From positions 124,001 through 188,000 of the forward strand of contig CBFFRP010000185.1 of assembly GCA_965644295.1 (NCBI GenBank): a DNA stretch of 64,000 nucleotides, read 5' to 3'. This document shows, in pieces, positions 60,818 to 64,000 of the stretch. This DNA is from Paraphysomonas bandaiensis (taxonomy: Eukaryota; Protista; Chrysophyceae). Position 1 is the first letter of the stretch; each line of letters begins with the position of its first letter. The position numbers and the translations under genes were made by a program. The notes beneath the pieces are model-generated. The model did not search any database. It saw nothing but the letters and a program-made list of their open reading frames with translations, and was not told the origin of the DNA.

Positions 60818-61262
60818 TACTCCAAGACTGTGTGCTCCCTCTGGTCAATAAAATGCCAGACCACATAAAATATGGGTAATATCGACTGTTCACCTGAGTG
60901 AATTGTCTTTTAGATCGACATACTCTCTATATGGTTCGATCGTTGATGCTGAACAAATTTCTTAATAATTTTCAACAGGTTGACTATCCGATACTACAGC
61001 ATTTACCGTAGTTTATTCCGTTTACGCTGATGTTTGAACTGCATCCTCGATACAGCTAGTGTATGGAACTACACGATAGTGATCTACTAACCTCGAACAA
61101 TATACGTATCCCGAAGTCGGTTGACTTGTCAACAGATCACGCTTTTGGTGACGATATATATATAGATGAAGTTATGTCGCTAGGCTAAATAATATAAAAT
61201 TGCGTGTAGTAGTCATCATGAATGATGTAAGACATGTTATCAATAACATAATTTTATACTTC

Positions 61263-61927
61263 TGTCAACCTCTGATCAACTTCCGTTTCACAGTTATAGC
61301 TATATAATATATAATAGTTATGTGGCCACGTATTACAGTTTTTCACATATTGTTCTAACGTATTCTACAGTTCTTTTTTAGAGATTCATATGTTTTCCAA
61401 CAAGGACAAGTCCACCCCTTCTTGTAGAGGTAGTGCGCTGCACTCGTCTTTGACAATGAAGGTAACAAATACCCAATACTGAATACTGACCAACAAGCTT
61501 GCGTATAAATTGAAAACCAACAATTATGTGTTACGCAAGCCTGACACCACCCTTGGATACATTCGTCACCACCCTTGGATACGTTGCACGAGGGCAGCAG
61601 TCAACCGTTGGATATCAGCAATATGAAAGGACGTTTAATCTTGCGCTAGCTCAACTATACTTGAAGTCAAGGTTCTCTACAGCCCACGAGCTGAATTTAA
61701 TTTCCTTGCAACTGGATACCATTATTCATTTAGTAACTCTCTTCAAACGTAGGAAATATGCTTCTTTCATATCAACCTCTGATTAACTTCCGTATCTTGC
61801 TTTGTAATGATACTTTAGTTTCACAGTGATATAGCTTTATAGTATTTTTGACTACGTATTACAATATTTTACATTGTATTTAACGTATTCTACAGTTCTA
61901 TCTTATGGAAACATACGTATTCCAACA
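61263..61927 (+). repeat. Two diverged direct copies (about 61263-61400 and 61771-61927) of an old AT-rich dispersed repeat
   Basis: Shared TCAACCTCTGAT.AACTTCCGT...ACGTATTCTACAGTTCT...TTCCAACA. Inverted relatives lie at about 17520-17552 and 18455-18575. Confidence 0.6.
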
Positions 61928-61979
61928 CTTAGCAATATTATATATATATGGAACAAATTTTCGGTATAATATCTAATTG

Positions 61980-63190
61980 CAGGGCTGCGTATCAATTAAT
62001 TGTCAATTATTGAAATTGCAATAATTGAAATTGGGATATCAAATCATAATAATAATTGCAATAATTATAATTGACTCCAGCTCGCTTTAATTAATTGAAG
62101 TCCCACCTTTTATGCTAAAACTTTGTTCATAAAATGCATTTTTATTGAAAAAATCCAATTTTTAGGATAAAAATCTAAGATTGGTGAAAGACTATAATAT
62201 CCATAAAATTATCTCACATAGTAATTCATTTAACTTAGTTAGCGATATGAGCGACAAACTGACACCAGAAGTCATTGCACGAGTGAAAGTAAATAATTTG
62301 AGAAAGCAAAATAATAATAAAATAACGAAGAGTCTGCAATAGAGATTTGTCCTGTAGTAGGAAAAGGGGCTCCACATTTTCCGTGATTGGCCGCCACTTT
62401 CTTCTATCTACTAATCATTCTAGTTTAGTTCCGACGTGCTAAGTCTAATGCCAAGTTAAAAGGAGCATGCCAAGCTCGTGCAATCTGGGAGGAATAGGAA
62501 TTGTTTCAACTAGCGTACTTACATTGTTTCAACTAGTGTCCTAACAATTACAGAAGTAAGGTTAACACCAGCTTGACCTCCACGACGCTTGTACATTGCG
62601 TGACGAACTCTTCATAAGGCACCCGATTGTTGGGCGTCATCTGGGCGACAGTGCTTCTATTATTCATAACGCTGCTTTCATTGAAGATTCAATGTGGCAA
62701 CGAAGCCGTAACTCGGACGGCAAAGGATCTAACTAGAATATTTTTGCTCGATGAGGAAGAAGAAGATTATGACGGTGCGAGCCTAGTACCGAATGATGAC
62801 ACAGCGCAACATTTGATTGATGGTAGCAGGCAGCGGAAGCGAGCATGACTTAACCAGAAAACTCGTTACCACAGCATGAAATACTTGCATACCACAACCA
62901 ATAAAGTTGAAAGGTTGTTCAGTAGAGCTACGATTGTTATGATGACGGGCTTGCGCAAACGCTTGACTCCTCAACATTTAAGAGCTAATTATGTTTTTTT
63001 CGCATGAATCGTCACCTCTGCAATAAAATGACAGTTGGGGTAGCTATATTGGCAGCTAGTGTATTTTAGTACTAAATAATTGCAATTCAATAATTGCAAT
63101 AATTGAAGTTGAGACAACAAGTAACAATTGCAATTATAATTGACTACAACCTGCGTCAAATAATTGGCAATTAATTGATACGCAGCCCTG
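61980..63190 (+). mobile_element. Internally deleted hAT element (family 1)
   Basis: TIRs CAGGGCTGCGTATCAATTAATTG at both ends, remnant TTNKVERLFSRATIVMMTGLRKRLTP, and imperfect TSD (TCTAATTG / CTAATTAG). Confidence 0.9.
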
Positions 63191-63230
63191 CTAATTAGTA
63201 CAACCGGCTTTACTTATATATTCGTAATCA

Positions 63231-64000
63231 TCAACTACACACTCTCTTCATTACTACGTTTCTCTCACGTCGAAGCATTCGCAGGAATAACTCCTTACAT
63301 AATATTCTTATTAAACTAAATATACATATCTTGAAATGTACTTCGATCGAAACCTCGATCACTATGATCATATGTAATTCGAAAAAGCAGTCGAACTTCA
63401 TGCGTTCCATATAGCTCGCTTTATAAACACTCCTGAACTGACAAATTGACATCTTCCCCATGACACAAGGAAAATATATGCTATAATACAGAATACTGGG
63501 CCGAAGATTTGATCTACGCTATCTGTACATGAGGGCTCAAAATCTGTGATGCTTGCTCCGATAGCTGCTCCTTTGTAATATATCCAGCTTCTCCAACGGA
63601 AGCAGCTAATGTACTGATGGTACTCTTCGACAGGTGAAGTATATTACCCTCCCCGTCAATAGCACTATGCACCTTCCGGGAATCAATGAGAGACTGCACA
63701 AGAAGCAGACACAAAACTGTAGAAATATTGAATTCATCCGCCAGTTCTTCTACAGATATAACCTATAGTATACCAAAGTATTTTGATTGATATCATATGG
63801 GTAAGTTTTAGGTCGCCACGATACCTCTCTCTCCGAAATTCTGGTGCACAGTAAGTCCAGATCCTTCTCACCAAGAGATGAGTCATCTAGCGATACAGGG
63901 TCTTTCCAAGGGTTGTACTCTAAAGCAAGCTTCCTTTCTCGTTCTAATCTCACGCGCTCTGCTTCTTCTTCCTTCCGCTGAAATTCCAACTCCTTTTCAT
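63231..64000 (-). CDS. 3' part of an intron-containing hypothetical gene entering from the window edge
   Basis: Coiled-coil segment EFQRKEEEAERVRLERERK followed by further exon-like ORF pieces. Splicing and stop were not resolved. Confidence 0.5.

Noticed and set aside
61546-61590. Tandem CACCACCCTTGGATAC twice
   Set aside because: A two-copy local duplication with no further structure.

Overview
Eukaryotic nuclear DNA with compact genes and short GT-AG introns (about 45-65 nt). The gene content (MLO-EF-hand, C2CD3-like, GCP6-like, GT77, DxxGDGW surface protein) points to a flagellated protist, probably a stramenopile; this is inference. About 13 host genes are interspersed with many mobile elements. 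(1) An APE-RT-RNase H-CCHC LINE family A is present as three 5'-truncated copies with target-site duplications (TSDs) of 14, about 225 and 36 bp. A related family B is present as tandem fragments. (2) A young, intact Ty3/gypsy chromovirus-like LTR element is nested in LINE copy 1. It has an IFDN instead of YxDD RT motif, a single UGA-CAA stop between in-frame gag and pol, and no tRNA primer-binding site. (3) A family of about 480-590 bp non-coding retroposons shares the LINE 3' hairpin and tail and begins with an approximately 85-nt motif laid out like the HDV-like ribozyme signature of trypanosomatid L1Tc/ingi/RIME. This is the best candidate for an undescribed system. (4) Two hAT families occur with MITE derivatives. 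The GCP6-like gene contains 17 tandem 37-aa repeats resembling the SPR1/Jupiter PGG microtubule-binding motif. All homology calls are by eye; no searches were run.
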